This document shows, piece by piece, positions 1 to 8,986 of a DNA stretch of 64,000 nucleotides. The translations under genes were made by a program, and so were the position numbers. This stretch comes from an uncultured Chloroflexia bacterium. Lineage in GTDB: Bacteria; Chloroflexota; Limnocylindria; Limnocylindrales; CSP1-4. The stretch lies in NCBI GenBank assembly GCA_963748625.1, contig CAVVJT010000004.1:352001-416000 (forward strand), read 5' to 3'. The notes under the pieces were generated by a model, which saw only the letters and a list, made by a program, of their open reading frames with translations, was not told the DNA's origin and did not search any database. The stretch's first letter is position 1. Each line of letters starts with the position of its first letter.

Positions 1-254
1 AGCGTTCCGAGCGACGCGGAGGTGCAGGTCCTGCCGGACTGCGTGCTCGCGGGCTGCTGGTCCTCCCAGGCGTTCGGCAGCAGCGCCTCGAGCTCCGGGT
101 AGGCGCCGGGCCGCTGGCCGTCCTGGGTGCACGGGCCTTGCGGGTCGAACGAGACCGCCGGGTCCGAGGCGCCTGGACTGCAGGCACCGATCGCCGCCGT
201 CACGAGCAGGGCGCCCACAACCCGCAGAAGTCGGGCGGGGAGGATCGGGGGCAT
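1..254 (-). CDS. Putative lipoprotein, N-terminal part (runs off window start)
   Basis: Manual translation from ATG 254: MPPILPARLLRVVGALLVTAAIGA-CSPGASDPAVSFDPQGPC...; basic residues, hydrophobic stretch and lipobox-like IGA-C; TACGCT -10-like hexamer 7 nt upstream. Confidence 0.65.
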   Translation of the reverse strand, partial: MPPILPARLLRVVGALLVTAAIGACSPGASDPAVSFDPQGPCTQDGQRPGAYPELEALLPNAWEDQQPASTQSGRTCTSASLGT

Positions 255-402
255 CGGCACAAGCGTAGCCGCACCTCCCCGAATGCGCCGTGAGAGCCCG
301 GTCGTCATGGCCCAGGCGGCCATTGGTCCGGGCGGTGCGCCAGCGCAGCGGACCTTCGCTTTGCCCACCCATGACCCACTGGCCATTGAGGCCGTGTCTG
401 GC

Positions 403-623
403 GGGGGCGTACGGTGCACCTGCGTTCGAAGCGCGCCGACCCACGGCGAACCGGGGACCACCTGGGGCGTCGACCACGGACCAGCAGGCAGGACGACCCG
501 GCCATTGGGGACGCTCGATGGCCCGGGGGAACCGAAGCCTGGGTCACGAGTCGAGTAACAGGGCACGGCCAGCAGGCCCGGAGCCATGGGCGGCTGCACT
601 GATCAGGCGTTATCCGTACCCCC
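403..623 (+). ncRNA. Candidate stand-alone structured RNA, 6S RNA-like long irregular rod
   Basis: Nested pairings by eye: GGGG(C)GTACGG/CCGTACCCC, CCTG/CAGG, GCCG(A)CCCA(C)GGC/GCC(A)TGGGCGGC, CCGGG/CCCGG, CTGG/CCAG, TCGAC/GTCGA, GACC..CAGGC/GCCTG.GGTC, apical GGCCATTGGG-GACG-CTCGATGGCC; intergenic, followed by a terminator, no credible ORF. Confidence 0.5.
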
Positions 624-657
624 GGGGCATCGTCCCACCCGGGGGTACTTTCTTGTT
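616..657 (+). terminator. Rho-independent terminator
   Basis: GTACCCCCGGG (616-626) / CCCGGGGGTAC (638-648) 11-bp stem followed by TTTCTTGTT. Confidence 0.75.
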
Positions 658-741
658 GGCGGCCGGCGCAGCGTGCGCGGGCTGCGTCATACGTGCGAGC
701 GGCGTCATACGGGCGGTGGCGTCAGGCGGGCGAGCGGCGGC

Positions 742-1482
742 CTAGCGGAACGGGTTGGACTGCCAGCCCGGGCGCGGGGGACGGTGCTGGCGCTGGATCC
801 CCCGCCGGTCCAGCTCTGCGGCGATGACCTTCGCCGCGGCGGCGACGTCGGGATCGCGTGTCACCGTTGTCGCCAGCCAGTCGATGTAGGACGGCTCGAA
901 GGCTGCGATCTCACCCAAGGTGTGCCCATGGAACTTGCCGAACGCCACCTCGAGCACGAGGGCGTCGTCAAGCGGCGGCGGCGGGCGGAGCGGATGGTCG
1001 GGGAGACGGTCCCGCTGGGCCGGGCTCGACGGCTGCGAGGCACGCAGCTCGGGCGTGGACCGGTCGTGGCGCAGCGGAGGCTGGCCCGTGAGGGGGAGCC
1101 GGACACCAGGTGGGGTGGTGACCTGGTTGCGCGGACGATACGTGCCGCTCGTGTCCACCCGCCCGGTCACCGGGCGCGTGGATGGCGATGCAGGCGGGCC
1201 ACCCGCCACACCGGCAGGTCCAGCACTCGATGCCTCGGACCGGCGACGGGCCTCTTCGGCCTCGCGACGCGCACGTCGGCTCGCGGCGTCCCCCCTTGTC
1301 AGGGCGGTGTACGCCGTGTTGATCTCTGCCATGCGGCGCGTCGCCCGCCGGGCGACATCCGGATCGTCCCCGATCAGGTCCGGGTGATGCCGGCGCGCCA
1401 GCGTGCGCCACGCGGCCTTGATCTCATCGAGCGAGGCGCCGGACTCGACTCCGAGCACGACGTGCGGATCCTTGGGCGGCAC
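742..1482 (-). CDS. J-domain (DnaJ-like) protein with C-terminal DUF3820/ExoX-C-like domain
   Basis: N-terminal DPHVVLGV...EIKAAWRTLARRHHPD...MAEINTAY J domain with HPD; C-terminal FGKFHGHTLGEIAAFEPSYIDWL motif. Confidence 0.8.
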   Translation of the reverse strand: MPPKDPHVVLGVESGASLDEIKAAWRTLARRHHPDLIGDDPDVARRATRRMAEINTAYTALTRGDAASRRARREAEEARRRSEASSAGPAGVAGGPPASPSTRPVTGRVDTSGTYRPRNQVTTPPGVRLPLTGQPPLRHDRSTPELRASQPSSPAQRDRLPDHPLRPPPPLDDALVLEVAFGKFHGHTLGEIAAFEPSYIDWLATTVTRDPDVAAAAKVIAAELDRRGIQRQHRPPRPGWQSNPFR

Positions 1483-1549
1483 TGGCCCAGTCTATCGCCG
1501 GAGCCGGGGCCGCTTGACAGCACCGGGCCCACGGGAGTCCGATTCGGGC

Positions 1550-2626
1550 ATGCTCCCCGCCCGTGGCGCCCGGCTGGCCGCGATTGCCGCCATCACCGCC
1601 ATTCCGATCATGCTCGCCTACCGGTTCGCGCTCATCTACCGCGTGCGTGCCGGCTACCCGCGCCCGCATCCGCTCACGCACACGCCCTCGGCGCTCGGGC
1701 TCCCATGGGAGGCCGTGGAGGTGCCGGGGATGCCCGGTGATCCCTCGCTTCCCGCGTGGTTCATCCCGGCCACCTTCGCGCCGGCCCCGGGCGTGGTGCT
1801 CGTCCACGGCTGGGAGAGCGCCCGGGACCGCCTGCTCCCCCATGCCCAATTCCTGCATGCCGCCGGGTTCCACGTCCTGCTCTTCGACGTCCGGGGCTGC
1901 GGCGCCAACCTGCCCGAGACGCTGCCGGTGTCGGTGGGCGAGTTCGCGGCCGACACGCGGGCGGCCGTCGGGTGGCTGGCCGCACGGCCCGGGGTCTCGC
2001 AGGTGGGCGTCGTCGGCCACTCGATGGGGGCGTCGGGGGCGCTGGTCGCGGCGGCCGCCGATCCCCGCATCGCGGCCGTCGTCGCCCTGTCAACGCCGGC
2101 TGCCCCGGAACGTCTCACGCGTCAGACGTTCCGCCTCGCCAACCTGCCGATCCCCTCCCCGATCGCGTGGCCGCTCGCGTGGCTCACCACGCGCGTGTAC
2201 CTGCGGCCGCGCGGCCACCGTGTCGCGGATGTGAGCGCCACGAACGCCGTCCGCGCGATCACGGCGCCCGTGCTGCTCGTGCACGGCGCCGACGACCGGA
2301 TCGTCCCGCTCCATGACCTCGCCCGCCTTGCCGCGGCGCGCCGCCGCGCGCAGCCGGCCGCCGTCACGGAAACCCTGGTCGTCCCAGAGGGACGCCACTC
2401 ATGGCTCTACGAGTTCGACGCATTCCGGGGGGCAGTTGCACGCTTCCTCGCTGTCCACCTGGGTGGGCCACTTGAGCCGGACACCGCCGCCGAGGCTGCC
2501 CGGGCCGTCCGCGCAGAGCGCCTCCCGGAGCCCGAACGCCTGTCCGCTGTGGACGAGGAGCCGGGCGGCCTGCGCTCCCTGCTCACGCTGCTGCGCCCGG
2601 CGGCAACCCGCAAACCCAACCCCTGA
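1550..2626 (+). CDS. Alpha/beta hydrolase with N-terminal membrane anchor
   Basis: VLVHGW, nucleophile elbow GHSMG, VHGADDRIVP, GRHS; start moved to ATG 1550. Confidence 0.85.
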   Translation: MLPARGARLAAIAAITAIPIMLAYRFALIYRVRAGYPRPHPLTHTPSALGLPWEAVEVPGMPGDPSLPAWFIPATFAPAPGVVLVHGWESARDRLLPHAQFLHAAGFHVLLFDVRGCGANLPETLPVSVGEFAADTRAAVGWLAARPGVSQVGVVGHSMGASGALVAAAADPRIAAVVALSTPAAPERLTRQTFRLANLPIPSPIAWPLAWLTTRVYLRPRGHRVADVSATNAVRAITAPVLLVHGADDRIVPLHDLARLAAARRRAQPAAVTETLVVPEGRHSWLYEFDAFRGAVARFLAVHLGGPLEPDTAAEAARAVRAERLPEPERLSAVDEEPGGLRSLLTLLRPAATRKPNP

Positions 2627-2639
2627 CGAGGTCCGCCCG

Positions 2640-3179
2640 ATGAACACCTGGGACGCCGTCCACGCCAAGCGCGCCGTCCGCGATTTCGCTGACCGGCCGA
2701 TCGAGCCGGAGTTGCTCGAGCGCATCGTCCGCGCGGGCGCCCGCGCCCACTCCTCCAAGAACCAGCAGCGCTGGGCGTTCGTGGTGGTCGAGGATCGCGC
2801 CCGCCTTCAGGCCCTGGGCGGCACCGGCCCGTACGCGGGCCACGTCGCAGGCGCGGCGGCGGCCGTCGCCCTGGTCACACCGGACCCGCGCGCGGACGGC
2901 CAGCCACTCTCGATCATGTGGGACCTCGGCGGCGCGGCGGCCCAGATGATGCTCGTGGCGTGGGAGGCTGGGATCGGGAGCTGCCCGGCCACCGTGTACG
3001 ACCAGCCGCTGGTCCACGAGATCCTGGGTCTTCCGGATGACCGCTGGTGCGAGTACATCCTGTCGTTCGGCTACCCGGCGGACCCGACCAGCCTGACCGC
3101 GCCGCTGCGGCCTGGCGGCCGCCACCCACTGGACGAGCTTGTCCACCACGAGCGCTGGGGAACGCCCGCCAGGGACTGA
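2640..3179 (+). CDS. Nitroreductase family protein
   Basis: MNTWDAVHAKRAVRDF...RAHSSKNQQRWAFVVV...AWEAGIGSC...LSFGYP. Confidence 0.88.
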   Translation: MNTWDAVHAKRAVRDFADRPIEPELLERIVRAGARAHSSKNQQRWAFVVVEDRARLQALGGTGPYAGHVAGAAAAVALVTPDPRADGQPLSIMWDLGGAAAQMMLVAWEAGIGSCPATVYDQPLVHEILGLPDDRWCEYILSFGYPADPTSLTAPLRPGGRHPLDELVHHERWGTPARD

Positions 3180-3213
3180 TCGCCTCGTTGCCACAAGGCC
3201 GCCGTCTGCAGGT

Positions 3214-4482
3214 CTACGGAAGCGGGTCGTCCATCTCCACGTCGAGCGCCTCGAGCGCAGCCTCGGCGATGTCGCCCTCCCCGACCGGTTGCTCGGGGGC
3301 GGGCGCGCCTTCGGCCACATATGACTCGATCGCCGTCTCCAGGCCGATGTCGCCTCCGGACTCCTCGGACAGCAGCCACTTGTGCTCGAGGACGTCGCAG
3401 TACGCCTGGACCAGGTCCCGGTCCGGTCCCACGAAGGCGGTGATGCGCGCCAGCGTGGGCCGATAGACCTCGCGCAGCCAGCGGTCGGCAGCATCCTCGA
3501 CTGCCACCGCGGTCTCCTCGTCGTACTCGAGCCAGGCGTGGTACTCCGCGATGTCGTTGAGCAGCATGCGGGCCTGGCCCTCGAGCGCCCGCAGGCGCGT
3601 CCGCCGCTCCAGCTCGTTGGCGTGGTACCGGCGCGTCGTCACCGATGAGTGCAGGCGCACCCGCCGGCCGCCCTCGACGGGCTCCACCCGGAGGTCCACA
3701 GAGAAGCCGAGGTCGTTGAGCCTCCGCAGGCGGGACCGGATCGCCTGCCGGTCACCAGGGATGAGCTCCGGCTGGTCGCTCAGCTCCGCCCATACAGCCT
3801 GGTACCGGGTCCGGACGGACTCCGCCCGCTCGATCGCGAGGTCCACCCAGTCGTCCTCGCCCAGGTACATGGCGAGGTCGGCCAGGCCGAAGGCGACGTT
3901 CTCCACGAGGATGTCGAGATCGAACCCGCGCTGGCCCTCGGAGAGCGAGGGGTGGATCTCGGACGTCTCGGCGTCCACCAGGTAGGCCTGGATCCGGTCC
4001 CCATCACGCCGGAAGAGCGTGTTCGCGAGCGAGCAGTCCCCCCAGTACACGCCGCTGCGATGGAGGTCCACCAGCAGCAGCGCCATCGCATCGAGCAGCC
4101 GGTTGAGGAACCCGGGCGAGATCGTGCGCAGGCGCATGAGCAGGCGCCGGTACTGCATCGAGTGGCGCAGGTACTCGGTGACGAGCACGGCATCACCGTT
4201 GTCGGACCGCAGCGCAAGGCCGACCGCCCGAACGGCCGGCAGGCCGGCATCCTCGAGCGAGCGGAGGGCGTCGTACTCGCGCTCCGCGACGGCCGAAGGC
4301 AGCTCCTTGAGGGCGTACACGATCCCGCCCGACACGAGGAACCTGACGAGGTGCCGGGACGGTCCGACGGGAAGCCTGCGGAACTGGAATCCCGCGTCGT
4401 CCCACTCGGCGAGCGGCACCTCCCATGGGAGATCGAGGAGCGACGCGACCTCGTTGCGCAGCCGGAGATGCGGGAACGTCAC
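3214..4482 (-). CDS. DUF4032 domain / LPS-kinase-like (Kdo/WaaP fold) protein
   Basis: LPWEVPLAEW, SRHLVRF, YALKE, LHRSGVYWGDCSLANTLFRRD, AYLVDAET, VLEHKWLLSE. Confidence 0.85.
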   Translation of the reverse strand: MTFPHLRLRNEVASLLDLPWEVPLAEWDDAGFQFRRLPVGPSRHLVRFLVSGGIVYALKELPSAVAEREYDALRSLEDAGLPAVRAVGLALRSDNGDAVLVTEYLRHSMQYRRLLMRLRTISPGFLNRLLDAMALLLVDLHRSGVYWGDCSLANTLFRRDGDRIQAYLVDAETSEIHPSLSEGQRGFDLDILVENVAFGLADLAMYLGEDDWVDLAIERAESVRTRYQAVWAELSDQPELIPGDRQAIRSRLRRLNDLGFSVDLRVEPVEGGRRVRLHSSVTTRRYHANELERRTRLRALEGQARMLLNDIAEYHAWLEYDEETAVAVEDAADRWLREVYRPTLARITAFVGPDRDLVQAYCDVLEHKWLLSEESGGDIGLETAIESYVAEGAPAPEQPVGEGDIAEAALEALDVEMDDPLP

Positions 4483-4575
4483 GATCCGGCGCCGGCGTCG
4501 CGGCGGCCCCGGACTGGGTGGCTCACCTGGCTGCGGCGCCCGGCTGGCACACCCGGTGGCGCCGGGGCGGCGCGG

Positions 4576-5016
4576 TCAGGGGCGCTTGCGCAGGTACGCC
4601 GCAAGGTTCGCGTCGTAGCCGAGCGACTCGAACAGGCGTCGGGCGTCCGGGCGGTGGTGGCCCGCGGTCACCTCCATGAAGGAGGCGCCGGAGGCGAGCG
4701 CGACCTGCTCCGCCTCGTTCATCAGCAGGCGCCCGATGCCCCGCTCGCGGACACCGGGGTCCACCACGAGGGCGACGATCCGCCCGAAGCGCTCGTCCAC
4801 CTCGAAGCGCGGCAGGATGTGGAAGGCGACAAACCCCACCACCTCCCCGCCCGCGACGGCCGAGAGCACCTTGGACTCGGCGGTCGAGAACTGGGCGATG
4901 CGTGCGGCAAGGTCGGTGGACCCTGCGGGATATCCCTCGTCGGTGAGCAGGCTGGCGAAGCGGTCGGCATCGTCGGCCGTGGCCTCGCGGACGGTGACTG
5001 CGGCTGCGTCATTCAT
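4576..5016 (-). CDS. GNAT family N-acetyltransferase
   Basis: Acetyl-CoA binding motif ALVVDPGVRERGIGRLLM, DARRLFESLGY; ATG 5016. Confidence 0.85.
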   Translation of the reverse strand: MNDAAAVTVREATADDADRFASLLTDEGYPAGSTDLAARIAQFSTAESKVLSAVAGGEVVGFVAFHILPRFEVDERFGRIVALVVDPGVRERGIGRLLMNEAEQVALASGASFMEVTAGHHRPDARRLFESLGYDANLAAYLRKRP

Positions 5017-5801
5017 GCGCCGATGGTACTCGCCTGCGCCCCGGAGGATGGTGGCGTCTGGTGAGCGGAGACCATCACGTGCGGTCCGGCGGCGGGCGCA
5101 CCCGCCAGCGCCACCTGCAGCCCGAAGGGACCGGGTTCGGGGGCACCGCGGAGGGCGATGCCGCGGGCGGTGGCGACCGCCAGCCACGCGTCGAGGCCAT
5201 CGGGCGCCGCCAGGTAGAGCGCGCATGGACCTTCGCCGTCCCTGGCCAGCGATGCGGCGGCGCGGCCCTCGGTGGATGGCTCGACCAGCGCGATCCAGGC
5301 CCCGGGCAGGGAGCCGGCGCCACGGAGGCGGATACGGGCACCCAGGTGCGGGTCGACGACGTCGGGCGGGCGACCGGGTGGGGCCGGGTCGAGCCACATG
5401 TCGAGGTCTGCCTCTGCGCGGTCCGTGTCAACGGTGGCCCAGCCGATGGCGACGAGGACGAGCGGCACCGCGCCGTCTGCCGAACGGTCGGCCGCGCCGT
5501 GTGCCGAACGCTCGGCCGCGCCGTGTGCCGAACGCTCGGCCGCGCCGGGCGTCTCGACCCGTGCCAGCTCCTCGCCGCCGGGCACCGGCTCCAGCACCAG
5601 CCTGCCCGCGGTCGTCGGGTTGTCGGCCGGTCCTTCCCGGACCCACGGCCGGACCTCCAGGTACGCCGTGCCCATGTCCAGCAGCCAGGCGTCAGCCACG
5701 AGGCCGCCTGGGTGAGCCACCACGCCGAACCGCAGCGCGAGGTCCGCCGCCAGCGTCGCGGGTTCGGCGGTCTGCCAGGTGAGGCGTGCCCAGAAGCTCA
5801 T
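5013..5801 (-). CDS. Hypothetical protein with VOC/glyoxalase-like C-terminal region
   Basis: ATG 5801 overlaps the upstream stop; IALVEPSTEGRAAASLARDGEGPCALYL resembles methylmalonyl-CoA epimerase/VOC fold. The ORF track fuses it to the upstream gene because of a frameshift. Confidence 0.6.
   Translation of the reverse strand: MSFWARLTWQTAEPATLAADLALRFGVVAHPGGLVADAWLLDMGTAYLEVRPWVREGPADNPTTAGRLVLEPVPGGEELARVETPGAAERSAHGAAERSAHGAADRSADGAVPLVLVAIGWATVDTDRAEADLDMWLDPAPPGRPPDVVDPHLGARIRLRGAGSLPGAWIALVEPSTEGRAAASLARDGEGPCALYLAAPDGLDAWLAVATARGIALRGAPEPGPFGLQVALAGAPAAGPHVMVSAHQTPPSSGAQASTIGA
5472..5546. repeat. 24-bp in-frame tandem repeat, about 3 copies (HGAAERSA)
   Basis: GCCGT(G/C)TGCCGAACG(C/G)TCGGCCGC repeated in tandem inside the CDS. 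Confidence 0.8.
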
Positions 5802-6629
5802 TCGAGCAGCATGTCCGGACTCTCGCCCAAGGTGGCGAAGCCCAGGCGCTCGTACAGGCGAAGCGCCGGCGCTGTTGCCGCTGTGGACGCCGAGGTACAC
5901 GATGCCCGGCGACCGGCCCGTCCCGATCGCCACCGCATGGCGCGTCGCAATCGCTGCGAGGCCGCGTCCCCGGAATGCCTCGCGCGTGCCAATGGACGAG
6001 AGGTACGTCATGCCATCGAAGGTCGTCGCCTTCGCGCATGCGGCCGGCTCCCCGCCGACCCTGACCAGCACGACCGCGATCCTCGGATCACCGAGGGTGC
6101 GGCGCAGGTCATCGGCAAGGGCGGGTGCCCGTCCCGGCGCAGCACCGAACGACTCCGCGAGGACAAGGCCCATGTCGTCGAGATCGTCCGGCCCGGCGTC
6201 AGCCGGGGCGCGGACGCCGCGGACCGTGACGTCGCGGCCGGCCTCACCGGCGGCCAGGGGACCGCACAGCGCCGGCTGGTCAAGGACCATGACGTGCCCG
6301 CCCCCGATGTTCACGAACCCGCTCGCGCTCAGGCGATCGATGAGGTCGCCCGGCGTTCCGTGCACGGGCGACGGCCAGATGTGCGGCTGCCGCCCGAGGC
6401 TCGCGAACAGGGCCAGCATCGCCGTCATCCGCTGGCCGAAGCCGTTGTCGTCCGCCGGCCAGCGCACGCTGGCCATGCGGTTCCAGAAGGGGTCGGGGTC
6501 CGACGGATCGAAGAGGACGACGGCATGGCCGAGGTCACGAAGCTCACGCCTCGGGATCGCGTGTGACGCGGTCTCGTGGCGTTCGAGGGCACGCATGGTG
6601 GCGTCGTCCGTGGTGGCGTGGCGGATCAC
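5798..6629 (-). CDS. GNAT family N-acetyltransferase (frameshift near 5872)
   Basis: YLSSIGTREAFRGRGLAA...VYLGVHSGN in one frame continues as APALRLYERLGFATLGESPDMLLE* in another. Confidence 0.75.
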
Positions 6630-6675
6630 CAGCCCACCATACCGGGCACTGGTCAGCGCGTTGCGCGCTGCGGCC

Positions 6676-7686
6676 CTACCCCCGTCGCGCGACGATCGCC
6701 GACGCGCCCGATCGCAGGTCGATCAGCTCGGGCACGACGGTGCCGGCGTCGGCGAACCAGCCAAGCGCCTCGGATCGGGTGACCAGCCTCGTCCCCTGCA
6801 GCAGCTCGTCGAGCTGGATCCCTGCGACCAGCTCCGCGTGCCGCGTGCGCAGCTCGTCCGGATCCGACGGGAGGTACCAGTCAAGCACCACGAGCGTCCC
6901 ACCCGGCGCCAGCGACGCCCACGCTGAGCGCAGGGCGGCGACTGGGTCCGGGAGCTGGTGCAGCGCGTACTGGAAGTACGCCATTCCGAACTCGCCCGTG
7001 TGGCCCATGGCCGTCACGTCGCCCTGCTCGATCGTGATCCGCCCCGTGAGGGCGGCGGCGGCCACATTGGCCCGCGCCCGCTCCACCGAGTCCGGCTCGA
7101 ACTCGACGCCGACCAGCGTGGCCTCCGGGAAGCGGCGGGCCATCGCGATGAGCCAGCGCCCCCCGCCGCAGTGGACGTCGAGAATCCGCGCCCCGGGCAC
7201 CAGGTCCAGGACCAGCTGGGGCACGGCGGGCAGCAGCTCCTGGAAGAAGACCCCGATGTCCTGGACGGTCAGGCGCTCGATCGCCACCCGGTAGCGGTCC
7301 GGACGCTGCGGCTGCGGCACGCCAGTGCGGAACACATCCAGCAGGCCGCCGAAGTCCAGGCTGCCGGTCGCCGCATGCAGCAGTTGGCCGCCCAGGTACT
7401 CGGGCCGCTGCGCATCCAGCAGGACCGCCGCAACATCCTCGGCGACGGTCACGGTCCCGTCCGTCAGGGCCACGAGGTCGTGGGCGTCGGCTCCCCAGAC
7501 CCACCTGCCCACCAGCGCGGGCGACGTACCAGTCCTGGCGGCGAGCTCCTCGACCGAGAGCCCGACGGCTCCGGCCTCACGCAGGCGCGCGAGCAACCCG
7601 AGCTCCAGCCCGGTGTACACGTACCAGGTCCGGTAGAAGCCGCCGAGGCTGGCAACCAGGTCGTCGAAGCGGTCGTCGAGGCGCAT
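6676..7686 (-). CDS. Class I SAM-dependent methyltransferase with N-terminal winged-helix/dimerisation domain
   Basis: GLELGLLARL...LSVEELAARTG; ILDVHCGGGRWLIAMARRFP; LRSAWASLAPGG. Confidence 0.85.
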   Translation of the reverse strand: MRLDDRFDDLVASLGGFYRTWYVYTGLELGLLARLREAGAVGLSVEELAARTGTSPALVGRWVWGADAHDLVALTDGTVTVAEDVAAVLLDAQRPEYLGGQLLHAATGSLDFGGLLDVFRTGVPQPQRPDRYRVAIERLTVQDIGVFFQELLPAVPQLVLDLVPGARILDVHCGGGRWLIAMARRFPEATLVGVEFEPDSVERARANVAAAALTGRITIEQGDVTAMGHTGEFGMAYFQYALHQLPDPVAALRSAWASLAPGGTLVVLDWYLPSDPDELRTRHAELVAGIQLDELLQGTRLVTRSEALGWFADAGTVVPELIDLRSGASAIVARRG

Positions 7687-7840
7687 GGCCGCATTGTGGC
7701 ATGCGGATTCGCACTCGGGTGGCCGCCGCGCCACACGTCGGGCCCTGCTCCGGACGGGCAATAGTCTTGGCCTACTCCGCTAGCACAAGTGAGCGGTCAC
7801 CACGTACACTCCCGCTCTTCGCCGCCGCCCGGAGCCTCGC

Positions 7841-8800
7841 GTGAGCCGACCACCCGCCAGCCCCATCGCCGTCTGGGCCGGCATCCTCGTGCTCTACCTC
7901 GTCTGGGGTTCCACGTACCTCGGGATGAAGGTCGCGATGGACTCGCTGGAGCCCTTCGTGATGGGCGCGTTCCGGTTCATCCCGGCGGGGATCCTGCTGA
8001 CCGCCTTTGTTGCCATCCGCCAACGGGCAACCATCCGTCGGCCCACGATGGTCGGCATCCGCGACAGCGCGATCGTCGGCGGCTTCCTGCTCGTCGGGGG
8101 CGCTGGGCTTGTGGCATGGGGCGAGCAGACGATCCCCACCGGAATCGCAGCGCTGCTGATCGGCCTGATGCCGATGTGGCTGGCCATCTTCGGCCGGGTC
8201 CTGCTCGGCGAGCGGATCCAGCCGCTCATCGGGCTGGGCATCGTGATCGGCGTCGCGGGCGTGGCGATCCTGGCGTGGCCCGTGGACGGCGTCGGACCGC
8301 TCGACCCGGCGGGCCTCGCGGCACTGATCGTCTCGCCGATCCTGTGGGCGCTCGGCACGCTGTACGCCGCACGGCGGGCCGTGCTCCCGGCGCCCGCCCT
8401 GTTCGCCACGGGTATCGAGATGATCGCCGGCGGGCTGCTGTTCCTGGTGGTGGCGTTCATCACGGGTGAGACCGCGGGCTTCGACCTCGGCGCCGTGACC
8501 ACCACGAGCTGGCTGGGCATCGGCTACCTGGTGTTCGTGGGCAGCCTCGTGGGCTACACGACGTTCTCGTGGCTCATCACCGTGGCCCCGTTGCCGCGCA
8601 TCACGACCTATGCCTACGTCAACCCGGTCGTGGCGGTGATCCTGGGCTCGATCATCCTCGACGAGCAGCTCACCCCGCGGACGATCATCGCCGCCGCGGT
8701 GATCACCCTGGCGGTCATCCTGATCGTGACCGCCCGCGGACGGTCGGCGGTCTCGGCGGCCGCACCCGGCCGCGTGGTGGTGGCCCCGGCAGGCGACTGA
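7841..8800 (+). CDS. EamA/DMT family transporter
   Basis: YLVWGSTY, about 10 TM helices, YAYVNPVVAVILG. Confidence 0.9.
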   Translation: MSRPPASPIAVWAGILVLYLVWGSTYLGMKVAMDSLEPFVMGAFRFIPAGILLTAFVAIRQRATIRRPTMVGIRDSAIVGGFLLVGGAGLVAWGEQTIPTGIAALLIGLMPMWLAIFGRVLLGERIQPLIGLGIVIGVAGVAILAWPVDGVGPLDPAGLAALIVSPILWALGTLYAARRAVLPAPALFATGIEMIAGGLLFLVVAFITGETAGFDLGAVTTTSWLGIGYLVFVGSLVGYTTFSWLITVAPLPRITTYAYVNPVVAVILGSIILDEQLTPRTIIAAAVITLAVILIVTARGRSAVSAAAPGRVVVAPAGD

Positions 8801-8986
8801 CGCACGGTTGGCACCGCGCAGGTTCCAGCGCGGTGACGGCGCCCGTTGCGTCCGGGTCACGTTTCGCGGCCGGTTCGGCACGCAACCTCACGCCCCCTTG
8901 AACTGCTCCCTGCCGCGTGCGTAGGGTCCGCCCCAGGGTCAGCGTCGCGTCTTCCTGGGTCGCGACGATCCTGGGCGGAGGTCACG

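Noticed and set aside
430-470. c-di-AMP riboswitch 5' half (GCCGA...GAACCGGGGACCA..TGGGGCG)
   Set aside because: No CCCGAACCCGTC/AGCTAAC 3' half and no downstream same-strand gene; the rod fold explains the region better
403-657. tmRNA (starts GGGGGCG) or SRP RNA
   Set aside because: No TTCGAC right after the 5' stem, no T-arm/CCA 3' end, too short for tmRNA; no SRP CAGG-GNRA-AGCAG motif
5013-6629. 538-aa GNAT-VOC fusion from the ORF track
   Set aside because: Explained by a single frameshift; the natural GNAT C-terminus and an overlapping ATG/TGA exist at 5798-5801
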